A program made the translations under genes and the position numbers. 64,000 bases of DNA, from the NCBI GenBank assembly GCA_041661245.1, contig JBAZUY010000001.1, positions 294,876 to 358,875 on the forward strand. The letters run 5' to 3'. The stretch is from an archaeon. GTDB lineage: Archaea; Iainarchaeota; Iainarchaeia; Iainarchaeales; JAAZKV01. The notes beneath the pieces were generated by a model that was given only the letters and a program-made list of their open reading frames with translations, did not search any database and had not been told where the DNA came from. Shown here in pieces: positions 26,616 to 36,217 of the stretch (its first letter is position 1; every line of letters begins with the position of its first letter).

Positions 26616-27905
26616 ATGGAACAAAGAGATTTTTTAAGAAAGAAGCTAATGAAGAAGACTCGCGAGCAAATTAGCGAAAAGTTTGCCGGAAAAGAGATTC
26701 ACATCATTAAAGCGGTTAATTTACTTACAGACCTTGATTCTATTAATAACTTAATGAACGAAAATGCTAGTGAATGGAAAGTTAGACAACCTACAGGCGA
26801 AGCAGAAACAGCTTATAATGAACTAGAAAAAAATACTCAAAGTATTTCAATTGAAAAAGAAAAACTGCAAGACTTTGTTATAAAAGAAATGGAAAGCGAG
26901 TTCCCTAATTTTTCAGCAATTGCAACTCCGGTAATTGGAGCAAAATTACTTGCAAGCGCAGGATCAAAAAAGAGATTATGCTTTATGCCAGCTTCAACAA
27001 TTCAAGTTTTAGGAGCAGAAAAAGCATTATTTGCACACTTAAGAAAAAATGCTAAAAGTCCAAAACACGGACACTTATTCAATCATCCACTTTTACAAAA
27101 CTTACCAAGATACAAAAGAGGAACAGCCGCAAGAGTAATCGCAGGGAAATTATCAATTGCACTAAAAGTAGATTATTTTAATGGAGAAAATAATTCAAGC
27201 GAAGTAAAAAAAGAACTTGAAGAAAGAATTAATGAAATCGCTGCAAAGACACCAACTCCAAAACAAGAACAAAACGAAGCAAATTATGACAGTATTAATA
27301 CTGAAAGAAGAAAAGAACAATTTGATAAAGAAAATAAAAAGAAAGATTATAGAAGAGAAGAACAACAAGCAAGCCAAAGTGGAGAACATAAAACTTTTAC
27401 TCCAGAAGAAAGAAGAGCGTTCTTTGAAAAAAATGGAATGAGAAGACCTGCCCAACAAGAATCACGAGGCAACCAATGGTCAGATAGAGCACCATCATAT
27501 CCAAGAAGAGAATCCTCATTTGGAAGAGATAGAGGCCCAAGCAGATCCCCAGGATTTGGACCAAGAAGAGAAGGACCTTCATTTGGTGGCGGTTACGGCG
27601 GAAGAGATTCTAGAGGAAGTAGTAGTTATGGACCTCGAAGAGAATCATTCGGACCAAGAAGAGAAGGAAGTAGTTTTGCTCCAAGAAGAAGTGAAGGTGG
27701 GTTTGCACCAAGAAGAGATTTTGCCCCACGGGGAGATTATGGTCCAAGAGAAGAAGGAAGTTACGGATCTGAAAGAAGCTTTGGCGGTGGATTTAATAGG
27801 GGCCCAAGAAGGGAAGGAAGTACATTTGGAGAAAGAAGAGAAAATAGATATTCAACAGGCGGAAGAAGAGCCGGAAAACCAAGAAAGTTCGTGAAAAAAT
27901 ACTAA
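26616..27905 (+). CDS. Nop5 (Nop56/58) homologue lacking the N-terminal domain, with K/E-rich then RGG/GAR-like tail
   Basis: NOSIC-like IIKAVNLLTDLDSINNLM..EW. Nop domain FPNFSAIATPVIGAKLLASAGS...MPASTIQVLGAEKALFAHL...KHGHLFNHPLL...RGTAARVIAGKLSIALKVDYF. Tail repeats FGPRREG(P/S)SF. Confidence 0.85.
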   Translation: MEQRDFLRKKLMKKTREQISEKFAGKEIHIIKAVNLLTDLDSINNLMNENASEWKVRQPTGEAETAYNELEKNTQSISIEKEKLQDFVIKEMESEFPNFSAIATPVIGAKLLASAGSKKRLCFMPASTIQVLGAEKALFAHLRKNAKSPKHGHLFNHPLLQNLPRYKRGTAARVIAGKLSIALKVDYFNGENNSSEVKKELEERINEIAAKTPTPKQEQNEANYDSINTERRKEQFDKENKKKDYRREEQQASQSGEHKTFTPEERRAFFEKNGMRRPAQQESRGNQWSDRAPSYPRRESSFGRDRGPSRSPGFGPRREGPSFGGGYGGRDSRGSSSYGPRRESFGPRREGSSFAPRRSEGGFAPRRDFAPRGDYGPREEGSYGSERSFGGGFNRGPRREGSTFGERRENRYSTGGRRAGKPRKFVKKY

Positions 27906-27967
27906 TTAACTTAACTTAATCACAAACTCTTGCAAACCTTAATAAATTCTGCAAATATAAAATAAGT

Positions 27968-28945
27968 ATGCACTTACCAACTTTTCTCTCCATCGGCGTA
28001 CCAGCCTACCATGAAGAAGCATCAATCAAACGAGCACTAAACAGCATTTTAGAAAATACTCTTTGGAAAGCAATGAGCTCAGAAAGAAAAGAATTAGTTG
28101 TTTGTGTTAATGGCTGCAAAAATGGAAAAGCTGACGCAACCGCAAAAGTAGTCCTCGAACTTGCAAAACAACACCCTGAAATAAAAGTATTAATTGAAGA
28201 AAAAGCAGGACACATTAGAGCAAAGAATATTCTCGCAAGAGAAATGTCCAAAAAAGCAGATGTTTCATTTTTCTTTGATTCAGATGTGATTCTTAGAAGA
28301 CAAACAATTGAAAGACTCTATGATGCACTCCACACTAGAAAAGATATTGATTTAGTCGGAGCAAAAGTAATGCCCGCAGAAGCATTTGCAAGCCCGACTT
28401 CTCGTGGAGCAATTGCACAAAAAAATGTAGAAGACTATCACTCAAACCAACACAACAGTGCCTGGCAACACCGAGTCTCAGGATGCGGGTATGCAATAAG
28501 AACACCAATAATAAAATCAATTACACTCCCCGAACACCCAATGATTGCGGAAGACTCCTACTTGAGTAGATTAATTGGACCAAAAAGAACACTGCGAATA
28601 CCAACTGCAACAGTAGTATACCGTTGTGTAAGGACTTTTGCCGATATTAGAAGACAAAGAGTAAGATACAAAATTTCGGATTATAATCTTTCAAAACTAC
28701 TTCCAAAAGAAGAAACCCAAAACAAAACTAGTCAAACTAAAAGAAAAACTTTGAGAGAAAAACTCAGAACTTTTGTGGAAGACCCCCCAAAAAGACGTTT
28801 ACTAAAATTACAAATAATGGCAAATAACGGACTTGCCGAATCCCAAGCAAATATACTCCTTGGACTAAACAGAATTGGAATAAAAGCAAATATGTGGAAA
28901 CACACTTCAAGAGATAAACTTGGAAAAGGCGGAAAAAGAAGATAA
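27968..28945 (+). CDS. Family 2 glycosyltransferase
   Basis: N-terminal SIGVPAYHEEASIKRALNSIL and FFFDSDVIL (DxD). Confidence 0.7.
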   Translation: MHLPTFLSIGVPAYHEEASIKRALNSILENTLWKAMSSERKELVVCVNGCKNGKADATAKVVLELAKQHPEIKVLIEEKAGHIRAKNILAREMSKKADVSFFFDSDVILRRQTIERLYDALHTRKDIDLVGAKVMPAEAFASPTSRGAIAQKNVEDYHSNQHNSAWQHRVSGCGYAIRTPIIKSITLPEHPMIAEDSYLSRLIGPKRTLRIPTATVVYRCVRTFADIRRQRVRYKISDYNLSKLLPKEETQNKTSQTKRKTLREKLRTFVEDPPKRRLLKLQIMANNGLAESQANILLGLNRIGIKANMWKHTSRDKLGKGGKRR

Positions 28946-28995
28946 GAATTAGAGCCAATAGAAATCAATAAAACCCCATTCGCACTAATTATTTT

Positions 28996-29631
28996 ATGGA
29001 CTTTTACTTAACATCCTACCACTTTGGTAAAGCATTCAAAGAATTTGGAAAAATGGCCCCAAAAAACAAAAAAGTTGCAGTAATTTCAAACGCAGTTGAT
29101 TACTACACTGACCAAAAGAGAAAAGAAAAAAGCCAGAAAAAAATATTCAAAAAACTAATTGAAGTTGGACTCAAACCCGAAACCGTAGATTTGAAAGATT
29201 ACTTTGGAAAAAAGAAAAAACTAGAAAAAAAACTAAAAGAATTTGGTGCTTTTTGGATAAAAGGAGGAAATACATTTTTCCTTCGCAAAGCAATGGAACT
29301 CAGCGGATTTGATAAAATATTTGCAAAATTAGTTAAAAAGAAAAATCTCCTTTATGGAGGATCAAGTGCAGGAGTGTGTATTCTTGGACCTGATCTTAGA
29401 GGCATTGAACTAGTTGACAGCATTAAGAAAAAACCTTATGGGAAGAAAGTAAATTTTACTGCACTTGGAGTGTTTGATTATTATTTTTTACCGCATTACA
29501 AATCCAAACACCCCGAAATGGCAAAAATCAAAGTAGTAATGAACCATTACATTAAACAAAAAAAATTATTCAAGACAATCCAAGACGGAGAAACAATTAT
29601 TATAAAAAACGGAATGGAACGAATAGTATAA
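28996..29631 (+). CDS. Peptidase S51 (dipeptidase E-like) family
   Basis: IKGGNTFFL and GGSSAGVCILG (nucleophile Ser context). Confidence 0.65.
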   Translation: MDFYLTSYHFGKAFKEFGKMAPKNKKVAVISNAVDYYTDQKRKEKSQKKIFKKLIEVGLKPETVDLKDYFGKKKKLEKKLKEFGAFWIKGGNTFFLRKAMELSGFDKIFAKLVKKKNLLYGGSSAGVCILGPDLRGIELVDSIKKKPYGKKVNFTALGVFDYYFLPHYKSKHPEMAKIKVVMNHYIKQKKLFKTIQDGETIIIKNGMERIV

Positions 29632-29634
29632 GAA

Positions 29635-30330
29635 ATGGTGAAACAAATGAAAGGACATGTGGCATATCGATTCAGCACTCCAGTTTACCCTGGAAATATA
29701 GTGTATACCAATCTGATTCGAAAGCACGAGTGCCCAAACAATTGCAGGTTTTGCAGCAGACCCCGAAATGGAAAGCCTGCCAAAAAACCCACTATTTATG
29801 AAAAAAAAGCAGGAGTGTCTTTATTTCTAGAACGTAGCCCAACAGTGGAAACTGCTATGAAGCAATTAAAAGCGACCCTAAAAAAGGGCGATAAAGAAAT
29901 TGCGTTTGTGGGACTAGGCGAACCCTTAACCCAATTTCCAAAACTCATTAAAATATTAAAAAAAATAAAACAACAATACAAAATAAGAACAAGACTCGAC
30001 ACAAATGGAATACTAAGAGGCACATATCCAAATGCAGCGGCAAAATTAAAAGAAGCAGGACTTGATGAAATACGAATTTCTTTGAACGCAACCAATGCTA
30101 AAGACTACCAAACATTATGCAGACCCGCAGTTAAAGATGCTTTTTTTCACTTGACCCAATTTATTCAAGAATGTGTTGCGTGTGGAATAAAAACAAAAGT
30201 AAGTTTTGTAACTGGATTTAAAACGTCCGAATTCAAACAACAAACAAAACAAGAACTAACGGAATTTGCACAAACGTTAGGTGTAACTCCAGAAGACATA
30301 ATTTTTAGAGAATATGTACCCATAAGATAA
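29635..30330 (+). CDS. Radical SAM protein
   Basis: CPNNCRFC matches CxxxCxxC. GLGEPL follows, in a TIM-barrel-like remainder. Confidence 0.7.
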   Translation: MVKQMKGHVAYRFSTPVYPGNIVYTNLIRKHECPNNCRFCSRPRNGKPAKKPTIYEKKAGVSLFLERSPTVETAMKQLKATLKKGDKEIAFVGLGEPLTQFPKLIKILKKIKQQYKIRTRLDTNGILRGTYPNAAAKLKEAGLDEIRISLNATNAKDYQTLCRPAVKDAFFHLTQFIQECVACGIKTKVSFVTGFKTSEFKQQTKQELTEFAQTLGVTPEDIIFREYVPIR

Positions 30331-30375
30331 TCCCCGTGGGAAAAAAAAACAATTCAAAGAAATGATAATAAATAC

Positions 30376-31041
30376 GTGATTAATATGAAAGAAATCTTTA
30401 ATGGAATATTCGCTGAAGGAAAATCAATATATACAAAAAACCTTTTACCTGGGAAAAAAATATATGGCGAGAGACTACTTAACATAAAAGACACTCAATA
30501 TAGAGAGTGGGATGTTTACCGTTCAAAATATGGAGCTGGAATTGTTAATGGAATAAAAGAAAGTATTTTCTTTAACGGGGCAAGTGTGCTCTATTTGGGA
30601 AGCGCAGAAGGAACAACAGTAAGCCATGTTTCAGACATTGTAGGGGAGAAAGGAAATATTTTTTGTGTGGATATTAGCGAAATTGCAATGAACAAACTTT
30701 CAAAACTTGCAGAAGAACGAACAAACTTGTTCCCCGTCTTAAGCGATGCACAAATCACAGACAATTACAAAGAATACTTCGAAGAGAAAGTGGACGCAAT
30801 GTTCCAAGATATTTCTCAAAGAAACCAAGCCGAGATATTTGTTAGAAATGCCCAATTTTTAAAAAAAGGCGGACTTGGAGCACTTGCATTAAAAACAAAA
30901 AGTATATCCCAAAGCGAGAAAAAGGAGATAATCCTCCAAGAGGAAAAGAATAAATTAGAGAAAGACTTTGAAATAATGCAAGTAGTTGACCTCGAACCAT
31001 TCGAAAAAGAGCACTACTTAATATTAGTAAGAAAGAAGTGA
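30376..31041 (+). CDS. flpA: Fibrillarin (rRNA/tRNA 2'-O-methyltransferase)
   Basis: YREWDVYRSKYGAGIVNGI and VLYLGSAEGTTVSHVSDIVG. The likely start is the ATG at 30385 rather than the GTG at 30376. Confidence 0.9.
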   Translation: MINMKEIFNGIFAEGKSIYTKNLLPGKKIYGERLLNIKDTQYREWDVYRSKYGAGIVNGIKESIFFNGASVLYLGSAEGTTVSHVSDIVGEKGNIFCVDISEIAMNKLSKLAEERTNLFPVLSDAQITDNYKEYFEEKVDAMFQDISQRNQAEIFVRNAQFLKKGGLGALALKTKSISQSEKKEIILQEEKNKLEKDFEIMQVVDLEPFEKEHYLILVRKK

Positions 31042-31045
31042 GACA

Positions 31046-31609
31046 ATGATAAAACGAGAATTAAAGAGAAAATCAATTCACATATCATTCGGCATACTAA
31101 TACTCTTACTCATTAATTTTGCAGGCACAGAAATTAGTTTGCACATCATAGGATTATCTTTAATCGCAGGAACAATAATATCCCTGGGAATCACTCGCGG
31201 GCACAATTTTGACATATTCAAGAATATTGTTGAAGGAGTAGAAAGAGAAAACGAAAAACACTTCCCAGGAAAAGCAGCAATTTTCTTTTTTATTTCAGCA
31301 ATAGTTTTATTAATTTTTTTTAAAAATTCCCCAACAATAGTACTTGCCGCGCTGAGTGTGCAAGTATTCGCTGATTCAATGGCTGCAATAATCGGAACCA
31401 AATATGGGAAACACAAACTTCTTGGTAAGAAGAGCTGGGAAGGAACATTAACCTGCTTAATCGTTTCAATTATTTGCATTAACTTTTTCTTCCCACTAAG
31501 CACTGCAATAATAGTTGGAATCATTGCAACAATTGTCGAGCTATTACCATTTGATGACAACCTTTGGGTGCCGCTTGCAACTGGGGCAGCAATTCGACTA
31601 TTACTTTGA
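31046..31609 (+). CDS. CTP-dependent polyprenol (dolichol) kinase / cytidylyltransferase-family membrane protein
   Basis: FADSMAAIIGTKYGKHKLLGKKSWEGT and ELLPFDDNL, which are COG0170-like. The long antisense ORF 31078..31743 is rejected. Confidence 0.55.
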   Translation: MIKRELKRKSIHISFGILILLLINFAGTEISLHIIGLSLIAGTIISLGITRGHNFDIFKNIVEGVERENEKHFPGKAAIFFFISAIVLLIFFKNSPTIVLAALSVQVFADSMAAIIGTKYGKHKLLGKKSWEGTLTCLIVSIICINFFFPLSTAIIVGIIATIVELLPFDDNLWVPLATGAAIRLLL

Positions 31610-31659
31610 ACATCCGAAGCAATTGGTTTATTTAAACGGAACAGGAATATTAGATACTT

Positions 31660-31932
31660 ATGAAACCGCACAATTGGAAAAAAATAAACAAGAACGTACG
31701 CGCTAATAGAGAAATTGATATTGCTGAAACAAACATATTTCACCCGGTTACCCCTAAATGGGGAGGGGCAGGGAAGAGTGCAAAAGCCAGGTATAAACTA
31801 ATCCGAAGCATAGTTAGCAAAGAAGGAGGATACACTCCAAGAACAGCTAAATTCGTACGATTTTTACGCTGGATAGAAGCAAATAAACTCACCATAAAGA
31901 GAAAGTTAAAAAAACCAAAAAGCAAAGCATGA
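31660..31932 (+). CDS. Small basic hypothetical protein
   Basis: 90 aa, K/R-rich, no recognisable motif. Confidence 0.35.
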   Translation: MKPHNWKKINKNVRANREIDIAETNIFHPVTPKWGGAGKSAKARYKLIRSIVSKEGGYTPRTAKFVRFLRWIEANKLTIKRKLKKPKSKA

Positions 31933-31970
31933 AAAATTATTAAACCCTCTTAATCAACTACTTCAATAAG

Positions 31971-32043
31971 GGGCCCGTAGTATAGTGGATTAGTATAGGT
32001 CCGTCCTAAGGACTAGATGCGAGTTCGATTCCCGCCGGGCCCG
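31971..32043 (+). tRNA. tRNA-Arg (anticodon CCT)
   Basis: Hand-folded. Acceptor GGGCCCG/CGGGCCC, D stem GTAT/GTAT (two G-U), anticodon stem GGTCC/GGACT with loop GTCCTAA. T arm GCGAG-TTCGATT-CCCGC has one A-C mismatch. Discriminator G. Confidence 0.75.
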
Positions 32044-32065
32044 TTAAAAAAATACCCTCAAAAAG

Positions 32066-32359
32066 TTATTGCTCGGAATAAATCCTCTTTAAACCGAAGA
32101 TAACAGTGAGCAATGCAACTATTCCAATTGCAAGTAAAATGTATTCTCCTTCTGCAGAGGTTAGATTAGTATCATACCAAAATATTCTTGAAAATGTTGG
32201 AAAAATTGCAATAACAAAAATTATTGCACTGGATACTACAAGAGCCCATTTTCTTTCTATTTCAACTTTACTAAGCCAAATACGATAAATGCAATAAATT
32301 ATGAAAACAAATACTGTGGCTGCTAAGTCGCCAAACCAATCCCCAAACAAATTAACCAT
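32066..32359 (-). CDS. Small membrane protein (3 TM)
   Basis: 97 aa, hydrophobic. Confidence 0.4.
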   Translation of the reverse strand: MVNLFGDWFGDLAATVFVFIIYCIYRIWLSKVEIERKWALVVSSAIIFVIAIFPTFSRIFWYDTNLTSAEGEYILLAIGIVALLTVIFGLKRIYSEQ

Positions 32360-32395
32360 ATTAATTCAATAACAAAAAGAGTATTTATTATTAAC

Positions 32396-32701
32396 TCACT
32401 TAAAGGAAAACAATACTTTCCCAAAATTAACAACCTTATTTTGTAAAATCTCAATTCCTTCACTTTTAAGCAAAGCAATTTTTCTCTTTACCCCAAAAGC
32501 GTAACCTCCAACATTTCCGTTACTTTGAATTACTCTATGACAAGGAATTTTTATCGGAACCAGATTTTTGTTTAATGCATTACCAACCGCTCTTGAAGAA
32601 TTAGGGGAAGAAATTGATTTAGCAAGTTCTTTGTAAGTGGTTACTTTTCCTTTTGGAATCAAACTACACTTTTGCAAGACTTTTTCTTCAAACGAAACCA
32701 T
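32396..32701 (-). CDS. ogt: Methylated-DNA-protein-cysteine methyltransferase, C-terminal-domain-only form
   Basis: IPCHRVI active-site motif within a 101-aa protein. Confidence 0.8.
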   Translation of the reverse strand: MVSFEEKVLQKCSLIPKGKVTTYKELAKSISSPNSSRAVGNALNKNLVPIKIPCHRVIQSNGNVGGYAFGVKRKIALLKSEGIEILQNKVVNFGKVLFSFK

Positions 32702-32783
32702 AACTTATACTTGACGAAAAAAGTTATTAACCCCGAGGACAACTGACGAAACCATTATTAAGCGGTTTAGGTCTATTATTAGC

Positions 32784-33500
32784 ATGGACAAGTTGGCAAT
32801 GACTATTGCAGGAGAAATTACTCTCTCAAGCGACCCAGGCGGCTCAATGAAGAAATGGAGAGAGATATTTGGAGTCCACCAAACAGAACTTGCTACCCAT
32901 TTGAAAGTTTCTTCTTCAACTATTTCAGATTATGAAGGGGGAAGAAGAAAAAATCCAGGAATTGGAGTAATTGCAAGACTAGTCAATGCACTTATTGAAC
33001 TTGACAAACACAAAGGCGGAAAAACTGTTAAACAATTAGAAAAGGATTTTGCCCAAGACCAAAGCACTGCATTTGAATCCCACGAATTTACTAGCGGAAT
33101 TAAAGCTACAGAAATTGTAAAAAAAGTAAATGGGGACGTTGTTTGTTTGCCTCACAAAATAAAAGAAGAAACTGTTTTTGGTTACACTATAATTGATTCA
33201 ATAAAAGTGATCCTTGAAGTACCAGTACACGAATACATGATGATTTACGGAAAAACACCAAATAGAGTTTTGGTTTTCCGACACGTTGAAAATGGAAGAT
33301 CCCCACTAATTGCTGTTAAAGTTGGAAGATTCTCAACAGATATGAAACCAAGTATGATAATCTTACACGGAATATTTACTGCAGAACGCCCAGTGGATCC
33401 AATTGCAATCAAAATCGCTGAAAGTGAAAAAATTCCGTTAGTTACAACCGCAATGCCAATAGAAGAACTAACAAAAGTACTAAGCGAATTTGAAAAGTAA
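32784..33500 (+). CDS. XRE-type HTH regulator with conserved archaeal C-terminal domain
   Basis: QTELATHLKVSSSTISDYEGGRR helix-turn-helix. 238 aa. Confidence 0.6.
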   Translation: MDKLAMTIAGEITLSSDPGGSMKKWREIFGVHQTELATHLKVSSSTISDYEGGRRKNPGIGVIARLVNALIELDKHKGGKTVKQLEKDFAQDQSTAFESHEFTSGIKATEIVKKVNGDVVCLPHKIKEETVFGYTIIDSIKVILEVPVHEYMMIYGKTPNRVLVFRHVENGRSPLIAVKVGRFSTDMKPSMIILHGIFTAERPVDPIAIKIAESEKIPLVTTAMPIEELTKVLSEFEK

Positions 33501-33550
33501 AAAAATAGATTTAAACTAGTTTTTAATTAAACTAATTAATTAAATTAGTT

Positions 33551-34252
33551 TCACTTTTTCTTTATCGAATAAGTAAATCGATAAACCGGTTTGTTTCCAA
33601 ACCCTCCACCGATTTGTTTCTTTGAAACTAGTAGATTTGTTTTGTAAAGTTTAGTTAATTTTCTTGCAACCTTAACTGCCCCTCTATTTGAACCAATCCA
33701 AAGATCATGCCCATTTTTTTCAGTCATGATTTTTATTGGAGCACTAAGTGAATCCTTTGGCTGTTCGTTTAACAATAATTGTTTTGTTACTTCAAGCATT
33801 GCATCAGCTTCTTCATTATTTGTTGCTCGAAGTTGAATAATTGCTTCACGATAATTAGAAACAAGTTTCATACAAGAATCACAAGAAACTTTTTGTAAGA
33901 AAAATTCATCATTTTTTGTTTGCTTTACAAGAGTTCCTTCAAGCAACCCTTCAACAGTTATTTTTGCAGAATAATCAATTTTTGTTATAGGCGTAATTTC
34001 AACAAATGTTTTTGGTTGCTCTATTGCATGAAGAAGTTTTATTCTTGAAGCAATCTCGTTAGCAACTATTTCATCACTAGGATAAGTCCAACTACCCTTA
34101 ATTCTTGCCTTACCGCACTTAACGCAAATATCAATATTAATGTCCTTAAGTTCAAACAAATCATTACGCTTAAGGTAACAATCTGTACACATGCCGTGAA
34201 CTAACGCATCAGTGGTTCTACCACACTTTACACAAAACTTTTCAAAACTCAT
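33551..34252 (-). CDS. NMD3-like zinc-ribbon protein
   Basis: N-terminal CVKCG...CTDC...CVKCG cysteine pairs followed by an NMD3-like body. 233 aa. Confidence 0.5.
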   Translation of the reverse strand: MSFEKFCVKCGRTTDALVHGMCTDCYLKRNDLFELKDINIDICVKCGKARIKGSWTYPSDEIVANEIASRIKLLHAIEQPKTFVEITPITKIDYSAKITVEGLLEGTLVKQTKNDEFFLQKVSCDSCMKLVSNYREAIIQLRATNNEEADAMLEVTKQLLLNEQPKDSLSAPIKIMTEKNGHDLWIGSNRGAVKVARKLTKLYKTNLLVSKKQIGGGFGNKPVYRFTYSIKKK

Positions 34253-34301
34253 AAATAATACCTATTCCGCTAGGGTTAAAAATCGCTTTATGCACGGCAT
34301 C

Positions 34302-34814
34302 TTAGGGAGCAATCTTATAGTGACTGAACAGTTCCCACCCATTCCAATTCCTTACCTTGGATTTATCCACTTCAAGTAAATCAAGAATCTTTCGTAATTC
34401 TTTCTCGTTAGGAGATTCCACTTCAAAATAAGGAGGAATTTCTTTAAACTCTTGAATTTCAACAAGAGAATTCTCTAACTTATAAGTAATTCTATGACTT
34501 GGTTTTAATTCTTCAGAAACCAACCCAACCTTTTCTAGCAAAGTTTTCATCACAGAAAAATCACTAACCTCAACTTCATATTCATCGTCTTCTTTGGCAA
34601 ACTTTCCAGCCTTGTGTTCTTTAAGAGTTAAATAATATTTTCCTTTCTTTCTCAAACGAAGAGTTTTGTTAGAGTTATGAAAATCTTTTTTAGGAGTATC
34701 AAAAACAGTTGTGCTAACGTCACATTCAGCAATTTTTTTAGCACCCAAAGAAACAAGTTTTTTTATTACTTGAATTTTATTTATTTCAATTACCTTTACT
34801 TCTAGTTCTTTCAT
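34302..34814 (-). CDS. CYTH-domain protein (class IV adenylate cyclase / triphosphatase fold)
   Basis: N-terminal ELEVKV (ExExK) and LRLRKKG. 170 aa. Confidence 0.65.
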   Translation of the reverse strand: MKELEVKVIEINKIQVIKKLVSLGAKKIAECDVSTTVFDTPKKDFHNSNKTLRLRKKGKYYLTLKEHKAGKFAKEDDEYEVEVSDFSVMKTLLEKVGLVSEELKPSHRITYKLENSLVEIQEFKEIPPYFEVESPNEKELRKILDLLEVDKSKVRNWNGWELFSHYKIAP

Positions 34815-34853
34815 AAAAGCAATAAATCAAATCAAACCAAAAAGGATTAATTT

Positions 34854-36137
34854 TCAAGAAAATTCAGTTTTCTTATCCGCTTGAAGAGCAGTAGCTTTGA
34901 TTCCAGTTTCGTTGAGTATCTTTGTTGAGAAGGATTTCATTGCATCTTTGTCTCCGTGAACCATGAATACTTCTTTAGGAGACCATTTCTTAATTGCTTT
35001 AATCAACTCGCTTTGTGAAGGATGAGCTGAGAAATCAAACTTTTCATATCTGCATCCAACTTTTGTAATTACTCCAGTTTTGTCATCAGGTAATTTTCCT
35101 TCATTCATGAGTGTTCTGCCAGGAGTTCCTTCAGCTTGATAACTAGTTAAGTGAATCTTACTTCTAGGATCATTAAATATTTTTTTAACGTAATGCATTA
35201 CTGGTCCGCCTTTCATCATTCCCGAAGTTGAGACAATAATACTTGGTTGCTTTAGTGCTTTTGCTCTTCCTTGTTTTCCTTCAACCCAATTAACAGAATT
35301 CATTGCTTTTCTTAATCCTCTTGGATCTTTAATTAAATCAGAATGCTGGAAATAAACTTCAGAAACTTGTTTACCCATTCCATCAAAGAAAATTGGCGCA
35401 TCAAGATTATACTTTGATAAAATATCAACAATTTCTTGACTTCTTCCAATAGCAAGAACAGGAACTATCGCCCATCCCCCTCTTTCAACTGTACTTTGAA
35501 CAGATTCGCAAAATGCTTTTTCTTCAAGTTTTCTATCCGCCTGTTCTCTATCCCCGTAAGTTGATTCAGTCATCAAATAATCCACAGGACCCACATCAAG
35601 ATTTGCGCCAGTATGAAGCTGAGTTTCATTTACCTTAAAATCCCCGGTATAAAGGAAGTTTTTTTCTTTGTAAGTTAGTTTTGTTAAAGCAGAACCCAAA
35701 ATGTGCCCTGCATCAAAAAATTCTAAAGAAACATTAGGACTCAAATTTACTTTCTTATCGTAAGGAACAACAAAATTATACTTGTGCGTTCGTTCAATCT
35801 CAGGTTTAGTGTATTTTGGAGCAAGCCCTTCAAGTTCAGCAATCTTAATTGAATCCTTCCACAAAATGTCCGCAAGTTCCAAAGTTGGCTGAGTCATAAA
35901 ACTCAAACACTCAGAGTTCTTGTAAAAATAAGGAAGTAATCCAGAGTGATCCAAGTGCGCGTGAGAAATAATTGCAGCTTTAACAGGTTCAGTTACTTCT
36001 GTAGGATATTGAACTTCATCAATGTTTAATTTAACTCCAAAATCAAGTAAGAATTTTTCTCCAAAGTCTAAAACAAATGCACTTCTTCCAACTTCTTGGC
36101 AAGCACCATGTCCTGTTATTGAAAACTTTTTATCCAT
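34854..36137 (-). CDS. beta-CASP MBL ribonuclease (aCPSF2-type, no KH domains)
   Basis: ISHAHLDHSG, GHILGSA, ESTYGD and C-terminal VHGD. 427 aa. Confidence 0.8.
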   Translation of the reverse strand: MDKKFSITGHGACQEVGRSAFVLDFGEKFLLDFGVKLNIDEVQYPTEVTEPVKAAIISHAHLDHSGLLPYFYKNSECLSFMTQPTLELADILWKDSIKIAELEGLAPKYTKPEIERTHKYNFVVPYDKKVNLSPNVSLEFFDAGHILGSALTKLTYKEKNFLYTGDFKVNETQLHTGANLDVGPVDYLMTESTYGDREQADRKLEEKAFCESVQSTVERGGWAIVPVLAIGRSQEIVDILSKYNLDAPIFFDGMGKQVSEVYFQHSDLIKDPRGLRKAMNSVNWVEGKQGRAKALKQPSIIVSTSGMMKGGPVMHYVKKIFNDPRSKIHLTSYQAEGTPGRTLMNEGKLPDDKTGVITKVGCRYEKFDFSAHPSQSELIKAIKKWSPKEVFMVHGDKDAMKSFSTKILNETGIKATALQADKKTEFS

Positions 36138-36217
36138 CCCAAAATCACATTCTTTAAAAAAAGCCTTAACTCTCTAATTTCAAGCTTTTACTCTAACTTA
36201 TAAAAGGAAGAACCGCT

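Noticed and set aside
27195-27894. Alternative-frame ORFs inside the Nop5 tail (27217..27441 +, 27520..27894 +, 27195..27458 -)
   Set aside because: They are by-products of the purine-rich repetitive K/E and RGG-coding DNA. The main frame is continuous with the Nop domain.
31078-31743. 221-aa minus-strand ORF, longer than the + ORF it overlaps
   Set aside because: The + strand ORF has dolichol-kinase/CdsA-like motifs (DSMAAIIGTKYGKHK..KSWEGT, DDNL) and sensible TM organisation. The antisense product has no motif and odd composition.
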